Assembly: GCA_044229145.1 (NCBI GenBank)
Contig: JBGATO010000003.1
Span: 34,358 to 98,357 of the forward strand
Direction: 5' to 3'
From: Candidatus Eiseniibacteriota bacterium
GTDB lineage: Bacteria > Eisenbacteria > RBG-16-71-46 > CAZEPH01
DNA: 64,000 bases
The notes under the pieces are model-generated. The model was not told the DNA's origin, made no database searches, and worked only from the letters and a program-made list of their open reading frames with translations. Position numbers and translations under genes: made by a program. Shown here in pieces: positions 1-9,100 of the stretch; within the stretch, counting starts at the first letter, position 1; each line of letters starts with the position of its first letter.

Positions 1-1179
1 ACGCCCGCGTATGCGGCGTTCGTGTTGCGTGCCGGCGACGCGCAACCGCGCATCGTGCCGCTCGGCGAGGCGGGGCCGATCGACTCGCTCGCCACGCGCT
101 GGCAGGCGCAGATGGCGGATGCCGCGGCCGGTGATCTATCGCGGGCGGCCGAGCGGGCGTCGCGCCGCACCGGTGCGGCGCTGCGGCGGCGCGTGTGGGA
201 TCCGCTGGCGCCGCTGCTGCGCGGCACGTCGCGCGTCTTCGTGGTACCGGATGGCGCGCTCCACCGCCTGGCCTTCGACGCACTGCCGACCGGCACAGCG
301 TCGTATCTCGTCGAGACCGGTCCATTGCTGCACCTGCTCTCCGCCGAACGCGATCTCGTGCGTGCGACGGAGGCCCCCACCGACGGCCGTGGCCTGCTCG
401 CGGTAGGCGATATCGATTTCGACGCACCCGCCGGGGCTGCCGCGGCGACGGTGCGCGGCGGGGCGTGCGAGGCGCGCGACGCGCTGCGTTTCGCCCCGCT
501 GCCTGGCACCGGCGCGGAGGCGCGCGAGATCGCGACGCTCTGGCGCCGTGCCGCACGCGGCGACGCGAGGCTGCTGGCACGACGGGACGCCACCGAATCC
601 GCCATCAAGTCCGCGGCGCCTGGCCGCGCGGTGTTGCACCTCGCCACGCACGGCTTCTTCCTCGACGACGGTTGCGCGCGCGAGGCAACCCCGGCGCTGC
701 GCGGCATCGGCGGGATGCGCCCGCACGACGTCGCGATCGCGGCTAGTGGCGACAACCCGCTGGCACTCGCCGGACTCGCGTGCGCCGGCGCCAATCGTCA
801 CGCCGCCGACGGCGAAGACGGCGTGCTCACCGCGCAGGAAATCGCCGCGCTCGATCTGCGTGGCGTGCAGTGGGCCGTGATCTCTGCGTGCGAATCCGGC
901 AGCGGCGCGGTGCAACTCGGCGAAGGCGTGCTCGGGGTGCGCCGCGCGTTCGCGGCCGCCGGCGCGCGCACCACGATCACCAGCCTGTGGCCGGTGCGCG
1001 ACGACGCGACGGCGCGCTGGATGCGGGCCGCGTACGGGGCGCGCGTCCTCGAGGGCCGCGACACCGCCGCGGCGATGCAGGCGGCGTGCCGCGCGGTGCT
1101 GCGCGATCGCCGCGCGCATGGCCTGTCGACGCATCCCGCGGCGTGGGCGGCGTTCGTGGCGGCCGGGGACTGGCGCTGA
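1..1179 (+). CDS. CHAT-domain (caspase-like, HetF-associated) protein, 5'-truncated by the window edge
   Basis: Motifs VVPDGALHRLAFDAL, VLHLATHGFF (catalytic His), DGVLTAQEI, AVISACESG (catalytic Cys), GEGVLG..RAF..AGA...ITSLWPV and HP..WAAFV..GDWR. The frame is open to the window start. Confidence 0.9.
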   Translation, partial: TPAYAAFVLRAGDAQPRIVPLGEAGPIDSLATRWQAQMADAAAGDLSRAAERASRRTGAALRRRVWDPLAPLLRGTSRVFVVPDGALHRLAFDALPTGTASYLVETGPLLHLLSAERDLVRATEAPTDGRGLLAVGDIDFDAPAGAAAATVRGGACEARDALRFAPLPGTGAEAREIATLWRRAARGDARLLARRDATESAIKSAAPGRAVLHLATHGFFLDDGCAREATPALRGIGGMRPHDVAIAASGDNPLALAGLACAGANRHAADGEDGVLTAQEIAALDLRGVQWAVISACESGSGAVQLGEGVLGVRRAFAAAGARTTITSLWPVRDDATARWMRAAYGARVLEGRDTAAAMQAACRAVLRDRRAHGLSTHPAAWAAFVAAGDWR

Positions 1180-1199
1180 CGCATTCGCCCCGACGCAGA

Positions 1200-1231
1200 C
1201 GGCCGGCGAGCAACGCGGGACTCGCCGGCCG
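1200..1231. terminator. GC-rich hairpin between convergent genes
   Basis: cggccggcgag-N10-ctcgccggccg forms an 11-bp perfect stem; no U-tract. Confidence 0.4.
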
Positions 1232-1257
1232 CTGCGCACGCACCGCTCTGGCGCCTC

Positions 1258-4200
1258 CTATTCGACCACGCAGATCCGACGCGTCTCGCTGAGGCTGTCG
1301 GCGCGGAAGCGCACCACGTACACGCCTGCCGGCACCCGCCGTCCATCGTCGCCGCGACGCGCCCACGCGAAGTTGTAGCGCCCGGCTTCCATCGGGCCGT
1401 GCGCCAACGTGGCGACGCGCGTCCCACGCACCGTGAACACCTCGAGCGCGACCTCCGCCGCGTCGGCGAGCGTGAACGCGACCTCGGCGCCCTGCGAAGC
1501 GAGCAGCGGCGTCTTCGTGACCAGGCCGCTGCGCTCGGGAGTGTCACCCTCGGCCCCGGCCACTGCCGCGGCGCCCGCGCAACCGACGATGTCGATCGCC
1601 CCGATCGTCGTGCCGTTTTCGCCGGCGCCGATCAACGGCGACGCCGATTGCAGCGTGAACACCTTGGCGTTCGGATTGCAGAACGCGGGGTCGACCGCGA
1701 GATTGCCGGTGCCGGGATAGCCGCCTTGCACGTCGCAGTAGCGCACGTCGGCCGAATCGCCCAGCGCATAGATGGCCGGCAATTGCGCCGGTCCCAGGCG
1801 CCACAGCACGGTGTTGATCACGGTCACACGGCCGAGCGCGTAGATCCCCGCGGTGCCGGTCGCGACACGCGACGAATCACCGTACAGCGTGCAGTCGCGG
1901 ATCGTTGCGGCAGACGCGGCGCCGGTTTCGATGGATCCCAATCCGCTCGACACGCAGTTCGTGAAGATGCAGCGATCCACCAGCGCGTGCGTGCCGTAGA
2001 CCAGCAGCGGGACGCCGACCGTCCGCGTGTTGGCGAACACCACGGACCGCAGCGTGTCGCGATCCGCGGCGAGGCTCACCAGCGTGGCGTACGACGAGCC
2101 GGTCACCACCACGCCGTCGATCACACTGCCCGCCTCCGCGAGGACGAACGCCGAACCGTAAGGCCCCGCCGGACGCACGAGGGTGCGTCGCCGCGGCAGG
2201 TCGCGCGGGCCGCCGCCGTGCGGATAGCCGCCGTAGACCTTCGCGCCGGCCACCACATTCGGCACGCTCGCGGCGACGTATTGGCCTTCGGCGACGCGCA
2301 AGGTGTCGCCGGTGCCTCGCCGCAGGAGCGGGAGTGCCGCGTCGAACGTCTTCACGGCGCCCGCCCACGACAGGCCATCGCACACGCTGCAGGGGCTCGC
2401 GCTGTCGAGGTAGTACACGCGTCCGGCGATCACCGTGATCCCGAACGTCGTCGAGCCGTCGTGGCCGCCCGGATCGCGCGCCCCGATCGTCACCGCCGGG
2501 AAGGTGTCCTCGACCGCGCTGCCCGGCCAGAAAAACGCGCCGGTCGCCGGATCGAGCGTGGCGTCGGACGGATTGCCGGTCATCCACCACGTCAGCGGCT
2601 GGCCCTCAGGATCGTACCCGGCCGCCTGCAAGGACAGCGCAGTGCCCGGCGGCAGCTGTTGCGCCGGAATCGGCGTCACCACCGGCGGCAGATCCGGCAG
2701 GACGATGATGGCGAAGGTCGCGCTGCCGTGACCGCCGGCGGTGTCGTACGCGGTGAGGACCACCGACATGAACGAGTCCGGCTGGGCCGAGCCCGTCCAG
2801 GAAAACACGCCGGTCAGCGGGTCGAGCGTGGCCCCTGGCGGGTTGTCGGTCATGCCCCAGGTGAGCGCGTCGCCCTCGGGGTCGTGCGCGACCGGCGTGA
2901 CGCTCACTGGCTCGCCGGTGAGCACGATGACGGTGGCGATGGGGTCCACGGTCGGTGGTTGGTTGCCGGCCACCGTGATCGCGAACGCCGCACTCCCGCT
3001 GGCGAACAGCGGATCGCGCGCTTCGAGCGTCACGTTGGCGTAGGTCCCGACCTGTGCGCTGGTCGGCGTCCACGACAGCACGCCGGTCGCCTGGTCGACG
3101 GCCGCGTTGGGCGGCAGGTTCGCGCCGCTCCAGGTGAGCGGATCGCCGTCAGGATCGCTGCCGCTCGCCGTCACCAGCAGCAGATGGCCGGCCACCACCT
3201 GTTGGTCGGGGATCGGCAGCACGACGGGTGGACTGTTGACCGCGCCGCACGACGGCGACCCGCCGAGTACCGTGGCCACCGGATCGCTGAGCACCGGCGT
3301 CGCGAGTTGATTATTGCCGTCGAGCACCGTCAGCGAGTGCAGCGTGAAGCAGCCGCGCGGCAGCGTGCAGCCGGTGAAGTCGAACATGAGGTCGATGATG
3401 TTGCCGCCGCCGGCGCACATCGTGTTGACGAGCGAGTTCGCCCACGCGACGTGATAGTGGCCGGGTTCGTCGGTCGTGACGATTGGCAGGGCGGTCCCGC
3501 GGTTCATCCACGTGCAGCTCGTGCTGGTGCGATAGATCGTCGACGCCAGTTCGAAGCAGCCGGTGTCGTATGGCGTCCACGTCAGGTCGATCTCCGCGCC
3601 CTTGAACGAGGTGGCGCCGGTGACGCGGATGTAGAGGTCGTCGGTCTCGCCCGGCGTTGCGAGGTCCGTGACCACGCCGCTCGTCGCCCAGGTCAGCGAC
3701 GCGCGCAGGCTGTCGGTGCCGCCGGGGAGGTAGCTGACCGCGATCGAAATGGTTTCGGTATCGGTGCCGCCGAACGGGTCGCGCACCGTCGCATGCAGCA
3801 CGTAGTTCCCGGCTTGTCCGACAGCCGGTGTCCATGCGAATTGCGCTCCCGCGAACGTCGCGCCGTCGGGAAGCGGGGTGAGCTCGAAGGTCAGCGAGTC
3901 TCCATCGGCGTCCGTCGCGGAGAGGACGAACGTCAGCGACGACGTCTCCTGCACGCTGAACGGGCCCGCGGGCGCCAGAACCGGCGGATGGTTCCCCGCC
4001 ACCACGGTGATCGCGAAGCTCGCGGCGCCGCTCAGCCCCGCAGGGTCGGTCGCGGTCAAGGTGACCCCGGGATAACTGCCGACTTGCGCGGCGTCGGGTG
4101 TCCAGCGCAGGGTGCCGCTCGCGTCGTCGACCGTGGCGCCGGCGGGCAGCTGGCTGCCGCTCCACGTGATGACATCGCCGTTGGGATCGCTTCCGCTCGG

Positions 4201-5892
4201 CGTCACCACGAGTTGCTGTCCGGCCGAGGCAATCTGGTCGGCGATGGGCTGCACCACCGGCGCGACGTTGGTGCCGTTGCACGCCGCGGACCCGCCGAGC
4301 ACGGTGGCCACCGGATCGGCCAGCACCGGATACGAGAGCTGATTGTTGCCGTCGAGGACGGAGAGGCTGCGCAACGTGAAGCAGCCCTGCGCGGTGTCGC
4401 AGCCGGCGAACGAGATCTGCAGGTCGATGATGTTGCCGCCGTCGGCACATGCGCTGTTCGTCAGCGTGTTCGCCCACGCGACGTGCAGGTGTCCCGGCTC
4501 ATCGGCGGTGACGATCGGGACCGCGCTGCCACGATTCATCCACGTGCAGGTGGTGCCGGTACGGAACTGATACGCGTTCAACTCGAAGCAGCCAGGGTCG
4601 ATCGGCGTCCACACCAGATCGGCTTCGGCGCCCTTGTACGACGCCGCGCCGACGAGCCGGATGTAGAGGCCGGCGCTTGCGCCGGGCGCCGCGAGGTTGC
4701 TCACCACGCCGGAGGTGGACCAGGTCAGCGAGGCGCGGAAGCTCGCGCCTTGCAACGGCGTGACGGTGATCTGGATGTCTTCGGTGTCGCTGGCGCCGAA
4801 GGGATCGGTCACCGTGGCGTGGAGCAGGTACGCGCCTGCCTGTCCGATCGCCGGCGTCCAGGAGAGCTGCGCGTTCGCGAAGGTCGCGCCCGTCGGCAGC
4901 GGCGTCAGGTCGAAGGTGAGGCGGTCGCCGTCCGGGTCGGTGGCGGCCAGGAAGAACGACAGCGTGCTCGTTTCCACGATGGTGAACGGCCCGGCGGGCG
5001 AGAGTACGGGCGGGTGGTTGACATACCCGGCCGTCGCGGTGATGGCGAAGGAGGCTGATCCACTCAATCCGTGCGTGTCGGTGGCGGTCAGCGTGACGCC
5101 GGTGTAGGTGCCGACTTGGGTCGAGTCCGGCATCCACGAGAGTGTGCCGGTCGCTGCATCGACCGCCGCGCCCGGCGGGAGATTGCGCCCGCTCCAGGTG
5201 AACGGATCGCCGTCCGGATCGACGGCGTGCGGGTCCACGGTGAGCCGCGATCCGACGACGACGTTTTGATCGGCGATCGGATCGACCACCGGTGGGGCGC
5301 CGCCGCCGACGCACGCACCGTTCAGCACGGAGGCGAACGGGCCGCTGACGATCGCCTTGTCCTGCAGGCTCGACGCATCGAGCAGCGTCAGCGAGTTGAG
5401 CGTGAAGCAGCCGCGCGCATCGGCGCAGCCATCGAACTCGAACTGCATCTGGATGACTGCGCCGGCGGTGCAACTGGTGAGCGACGACGTGTTGGCCCAC
5501 GCGACGTGATAGTGCCCAGGATCGTCGTTGACGGTGACCGGGACGGCGCTCCCGCGATTCAGGTACGTGCATGTCGTCCCGCTCGAAGTCTTGAAGACGC
5601 TTCCGATGTGCGCGAAGCATCCGGCGTCCGGATCTCCGGCCGGCGTCCACGTCAGATCGAGTTCGGCGCCCTTGAATTGGAGTGCGCCCCCGCGTCGCAC
5701 GACGACGTAGAGATTGTTCGACGCGCCGGGGGTGGCGAGGTCCTTCTGCGTCGTGTCGGTGGCGCTCCAACAGAGCTGCGCGGTGGCGCCGACGTTGGCG
5801 CCGGCGTGGGCCTGCGAGAGGGGTATCACGGCGAGAGCGGCGAGAGCGAGGAACACTCGCCGGGCGAGCGCCTGGACCAGTGCGTGGAGCAT
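1258..5892 (-). CDS. Large secreted protein: 3 Cys-rich cohesin-like repeats, about 7 putative-Ig (He_PIG/cadherin-like) domains, a pectin-lyase-like beta-helix and a C-terminal FlgD-Ig-like domain
   Basis: ATG at 5892 preceded by GGAGG; signal peptide ending in AHA; repeated 'N.PPV..PI.DQ...A.DPDGD.LTW....LP.GA..D..TG...WTP' units; 'YCDVQGGYPGTGNLAVDPAF...LQSASPLIGAG'; C-terminal 'LEVFTVRGTRVATL...W...DDGRRVPAGVYVVR'. Confidence 0.85.
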   Translation of the reverse strand: MLHALVQALARRVFLALAALAVIPLSQAHAGANVGATAQLCWSATDTTQKDLATPGASNNLYVVVRRGGALQFKGAELDLTWTPAGDPDAGCFAHIGSVFKTSSGTTCTYLNRGSAVPVTVNDDPGHYHVAWANTSSLTSCTAGAVIQMQFEFDGCADARGCFTLNSLTLLDASSLQDKAIVSGPFASVLNGACVGGGAPPVVDPIADQNVVVGSRLTVDPHAVDPDGDPFTWSGRNLPPGAAVDAATGTLSWMPDSTQVGTYTGVTLTATDTHGLSGSASFAITATAGYVNHPPVLSPAGPFTIVETSTLSFFLAATDPDGDRLTFDLTPLPTGATFANAQLSWTPAIGQAGAYLLHATVTDPFGASDTEDIQITVTPLQGASFRASLTWSTSGVVSNLAAPGASAGLYIRLVGAASYKGAEADLVWTPIDPGCFELNAYQFRTGTTCTWMNRGSAVPIVTADEPGHLHVAWANTLTNSACADGGNIIDLQISFAGCDTAQGCFTLRSLSVLDGNNQLSYPVLADPVATVLGGSAACNGTNVAPVVQPIADQIASAGQQLVVTPSGSDPNGDVITWSGSQLPAGATVDDASGTLRWTPDAAQVGSYPGVTLTATDPAGLSGAASFAITVVAGNHPPVLAPAGPFSVQETSSLTFVLSATDADGDSLTFELTPLPDGATFAGAQFAWTPAVGQAGNYVLHATVRDPFGGTDTETISIAVSYLPGGTDSLRASLTWATSGVVTDLATPGETDDLYIRVTGATSFKGAEIDLTWTPYDTGCFELASTIYRTSTSCTWMNRGTALPIVTTDEPGHYHVAWANSLVNTMCAGGGNIIDLMFDFTGCTLPRGCFTLHSLTVLDGNNQLATPVLSDPVATVLGGSPSCGAVNSPPVVLPIPDQQVVAGHLLLVTASGSDPDGDPLTWSGANLPPNAAVDQATGVLSWTPTSAQVGTYANVTLEARDPLFASGSAAFAITVAGNQPPTVDPIATVIVLTGEPVSVTPVAHDPEGDALTWGMTDNPPGATLDPLTGVFSWTGSAQPDSFMSVVLTAYDTAGGHGSATFAIIVLPDLPPVVTPIPAQQLPPGTALSLQAAGYDPEGQPLTWWMTGNPSDATLDPATGAFFWPGSAVEDTFPAVTIGARDPGGHDGSTTFGITVIAGRVYYLDSASPCSVCDGLSWAGAVKTFDAALPLLRRGTGDTLRVAEGQYVAASVPNVVAGAKVYGGYPHGGGPRDLPRRRTLVRPAGPYGSAFVLAEAGSVIDGVVVTGSSYATLVSLAADRDTLRSVVFANTRTVGVPLLVYGTHALVDRCIFTNCVSSGLGSIETGAASAATIRDCTLYGDSSRVATGTAGIYALGRVTVINTVLWRLGPAQLPAIYALGDSADVRYCDVQGGYPGTGNLAVDPAFCNPNAKVFTLQSASPLIGAGENGTTIGAIDIVGCAGAAAVAGAEGDTPERSGLVTKTPLLASQGAEVAFTLADAAEVALEVFTVRGTRVATLAHGPMEAGRYNFAWARRGDDGRRVPAGVYVVRFRADSLSETRRICVVE

Positions 5893-6080
5893 GGGAGCCT
5901 CCCGCCTTCCGCCGCAGGGGGCACGCGCCGTGAAGGCTGTGGGGTCGGGAGCCGGCGAGTGACACCGGCGAACGGTGCGCCCGCACACTCGATGCCGGTG
6001 GTTGGCACGGAGTATGACTCGACGAGCCTAGGAGAGGCGTGCGGGCCCGTCAATCCCACTGCGGGCTCGGTGCGGCCGCC

Positions 6081-6102
6081 TGTCGGACGGGCAGTGTACA
6101 CT
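6081..6102 (+). promoter_or_regulatory. PafBC/RecA-NDp-type promoter motif TGTCGG-N10-TA-N3-T upstream of lhr
   Basis: TGTCGG (6081-6086), acgggcagtg, TACACT (6097-6102); exact match to the mycobacterial consensus. Confidence 0.55.
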
Positions 6103-6103
6103 C

Positions 6104-9100
6104 GTGCCCTTGCCGGCGCGCGCCGGCGTTCCCACGCCCCGAGACACCTCCGTGACCTCATCGACGCCCGACATCTCGCCGCTCGCCGCCTTCCGTCCGC
6201 CGACGCGGGCGTGGTTCGACGCGTCCTTCGCGGCGCCGACGGCGGCGCAGGCGCTGGCGTGGCCGGCGGTGGCCCGCGGCGAGAGCGCGTTGCTCTTGGC
6301 GCCCACGGGGTCGGGCAAGACGCTGGCGGCGTTCCTGGCGGCGCTGGATCGCGTGATGTTCGACCCGGTGCCGCCGCCGCGCCAGCGCTGCCGGGTGGTG
6401 TACGTGTCGCCGCTCAAGGCACTGGCGGTGGACATCGAGCGCAACCTGCGCGCGCCGCTCATCGGCTTGGCGCGGCAGGCGGAGCGACTCGGCGTGCCGT
6501 TCCACACGCCGGAGATCGCGGTGCGCACCGGCGATACGCCACCCCGCGAGCGGCAACGCTTCGCGCGCCAACCGAGCGACATCCTCATCACGACGCCCGA
6601 GTCGCTGTATCTCATCCTCACCTCGCAAGCGCGCGAGGCGGTGGCGCATGCCGAATGGCTGATCCTCGACGAGATCCACGCGCTCGCCGGCACCAAGCGC
6701 GGCGCGCATCTCGCGGTGAGTGTGGAACGGCTGGCCGAGTTGTGCGGCCGGCCACTGCAGCGCATCGGGCTCTCCGCCACCGCGCGGCCGCCGGAGGAGA
6801 TCGCCCGCTTCCTCGGCGGGCACGGCGACGACGCCGCGCCGCGCGCGGTCTCCGTGCTCGACGCCGGCGCGCGGCGGCGCCTGGACCTCCACGTCATGGT
6901 GCCGGTCGAGGACATGGCGAAACTCGGCGACACGCTCGACGACGCGCCGCGCAATGCGGCGGGCGCGGCGCCGCGGCGCTCGATTTGGCCCGCGGTGCAT
7001 CCGCGGCTGCTCGAGATGATTCGCGCGCACCGGTCGACGCTGCTGTTCGTCAACTCGCGGCGTCTCGCCGAGCGGCTGGCCGCAGCGCTCAACGAGCTTG
7101 CGGGCGAGGAGATCGTGTTCGCGCACCACGGCTCGGTGAGCCGCGAACAGCGTGCGGTGCTCGAGGAACGGCTCAAGGCCGGCACGCTGCCGGCGCTGGT
7201 CGCCACGTCGTCGCTCGAACTCGGCATCGACATGGGGGCCATCGATCTCGTCATCCAGGTCGAGGCGCCGCCCGGCGTGGCGAGCGCGCTGCAGCGCATC
7301 GGCCGCGCCGGACATCAGGTGGGCGCGGCGAGCAGCGGTGTGCTGGTGCCGAAGTTCCGCGGCGATCTGCTGGCCTGCGCGGCGCTCACCGAACGCATGC
7401 TCGACGGCGCGGTGGAACACACGCGCGTGCTGCGCACACCGCTCGACGTGCTGGCCCAACAGATCGTGGCGATGGTGGCGGTGGAGCCGTGGCACGTCGA
7501 TGCGGCGTTCGCCGTGCTGCGGCGCGCTGCGCCATTCGCGACGCTGACGCGCGGCGTGTTCGAGCAGGTGCTCGACATGTTGGCGGGACGCTATCCGTCG
7601 TCGGACTTCGCGGAGCTGCGGCCGCGCATCACGTGGGACCGCGCGACCGGCCAGCTCACGGCGCGCGACGGCGCGCGACACGTCGCGGTGACCAGTGGCG
7701 GCACGATTCCCGATCGCGGCTTGTACGGCGTCTATCTCGTCGGCGCGGCGGCGGGGCAGGGGCGCGTCGGCGAACTCGACGAGGAGATGGTGTTCGAATC
7801 GCGCGAGGGCGAGACGTTCACGCTCGGCGCCTCGACGTGGCGCATCGAAGAGATCACGCCGGACCGCGTGCTGGTCACGCCGGCGCCCGGCGAGCCCGGC
7901 AAGATGCCGTTCTGGATCGGCGACACGGTGGGGCGGCCGCTCGATTTCGGCCGCGCCATCGGCGCGTTGACGCGCGCGGTGCGCGGTGCGGCCCCGGCGG
8001 ACGCCGAGCGGACGTTGCGCGAGCGCCACTTCCTCGACGCGTTCGCCGCGCGCAACGTCGTGCAATATCTCGCCGACCAGGCCGCGGTCACCGGCGCGGT
8101 GCCCGACGACCGTACCCTCGTCGTCGAGCGGTCGGTGGACGATCTCGGCGACTGGCGCGTGGTGATCCTGTCGCCGTTCGGCGGCCGCGTGCATGCGCCG
8201 TGGGGCTTGGCGATTGCCGAGACCTTGCGCCGCTGCTCGCAGGCTGCGGTCGAAGTGCTGTGGACCGACGACGGCATCGTCGTGCGCTTTCCCGAATCCG
8301 ATGAGCCGCCGGATGTCACGCCGCTGTTCCCGACGCCCGAGGAGGCGGAGCAGTTGGTGGTGGCGCAACTCGGCGCGACGACGCCGTACGCCAAGGCGAG
8401 CGGCGATCGCGGCGCGCTGTTCGCCGCGCGCTTCCGCGAGAACGCGGCGCGTGCGCTGCTGTTGCCGCGGCGAGGGCCCGGAAAGCGCAACGCGCTGTGG
8501 CGGCAGCGCCGCCGCGCCGCGGACCTCCTGCAAGCGATCTCCGGTCACGGCGATTTTCCGATCGTCCTCGAGACGTACCGCGAGTGCTTGCAGGACGTGT
8601 TCGACATGCCGGGCCTGCACGAGATCCTCGGCGCGGTGGCGCGGCGCGAGATCCGCGTGGTGACGGTGGACACCGCGTCGCCGTCGCCGTTCGCGGCGAG
8701 CGTGTTGTATTCGTACGTCGTCAATTTCATGTACGAGGGCGACGCGCCGGTGGCGGAGCGCCGCGCGCAGGCGCTCACCGTGGATCCGGCGCAGTTGCGC
8801 GAGTTGCTCGGGGAAGCAGAGCTGCGCGAGCTGCTCGACCCGGCGGTGGTGGAGACCTGCGAACTCGCGTTGCAGCATCTCACGCCGGAGCGCGCCGCGC
8901 GGCACGTCGATCACCTGCACGATCTGCTCTTGCATCTCGGCGATCTCACCCACGGCGAACTCGCCGCGCGGTGCGCCGAAGCCGCCGCGCCGTGGCTCGA
9001 CGCCTTGCGTGCGGCGGGACGGGTGGTGGAAATCGCGCTCGGCGGCGAATCGCGCTGCATCGCGGTGGAGGATGTGGCGCGCTACCGCGACGCGCTCGGG

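Noticed and set aside
6003..6018. sigma54 promoter (TGGCACG...), also at about 32963
   Set aside because: The -12 TTGC element is missing at the required spacing.
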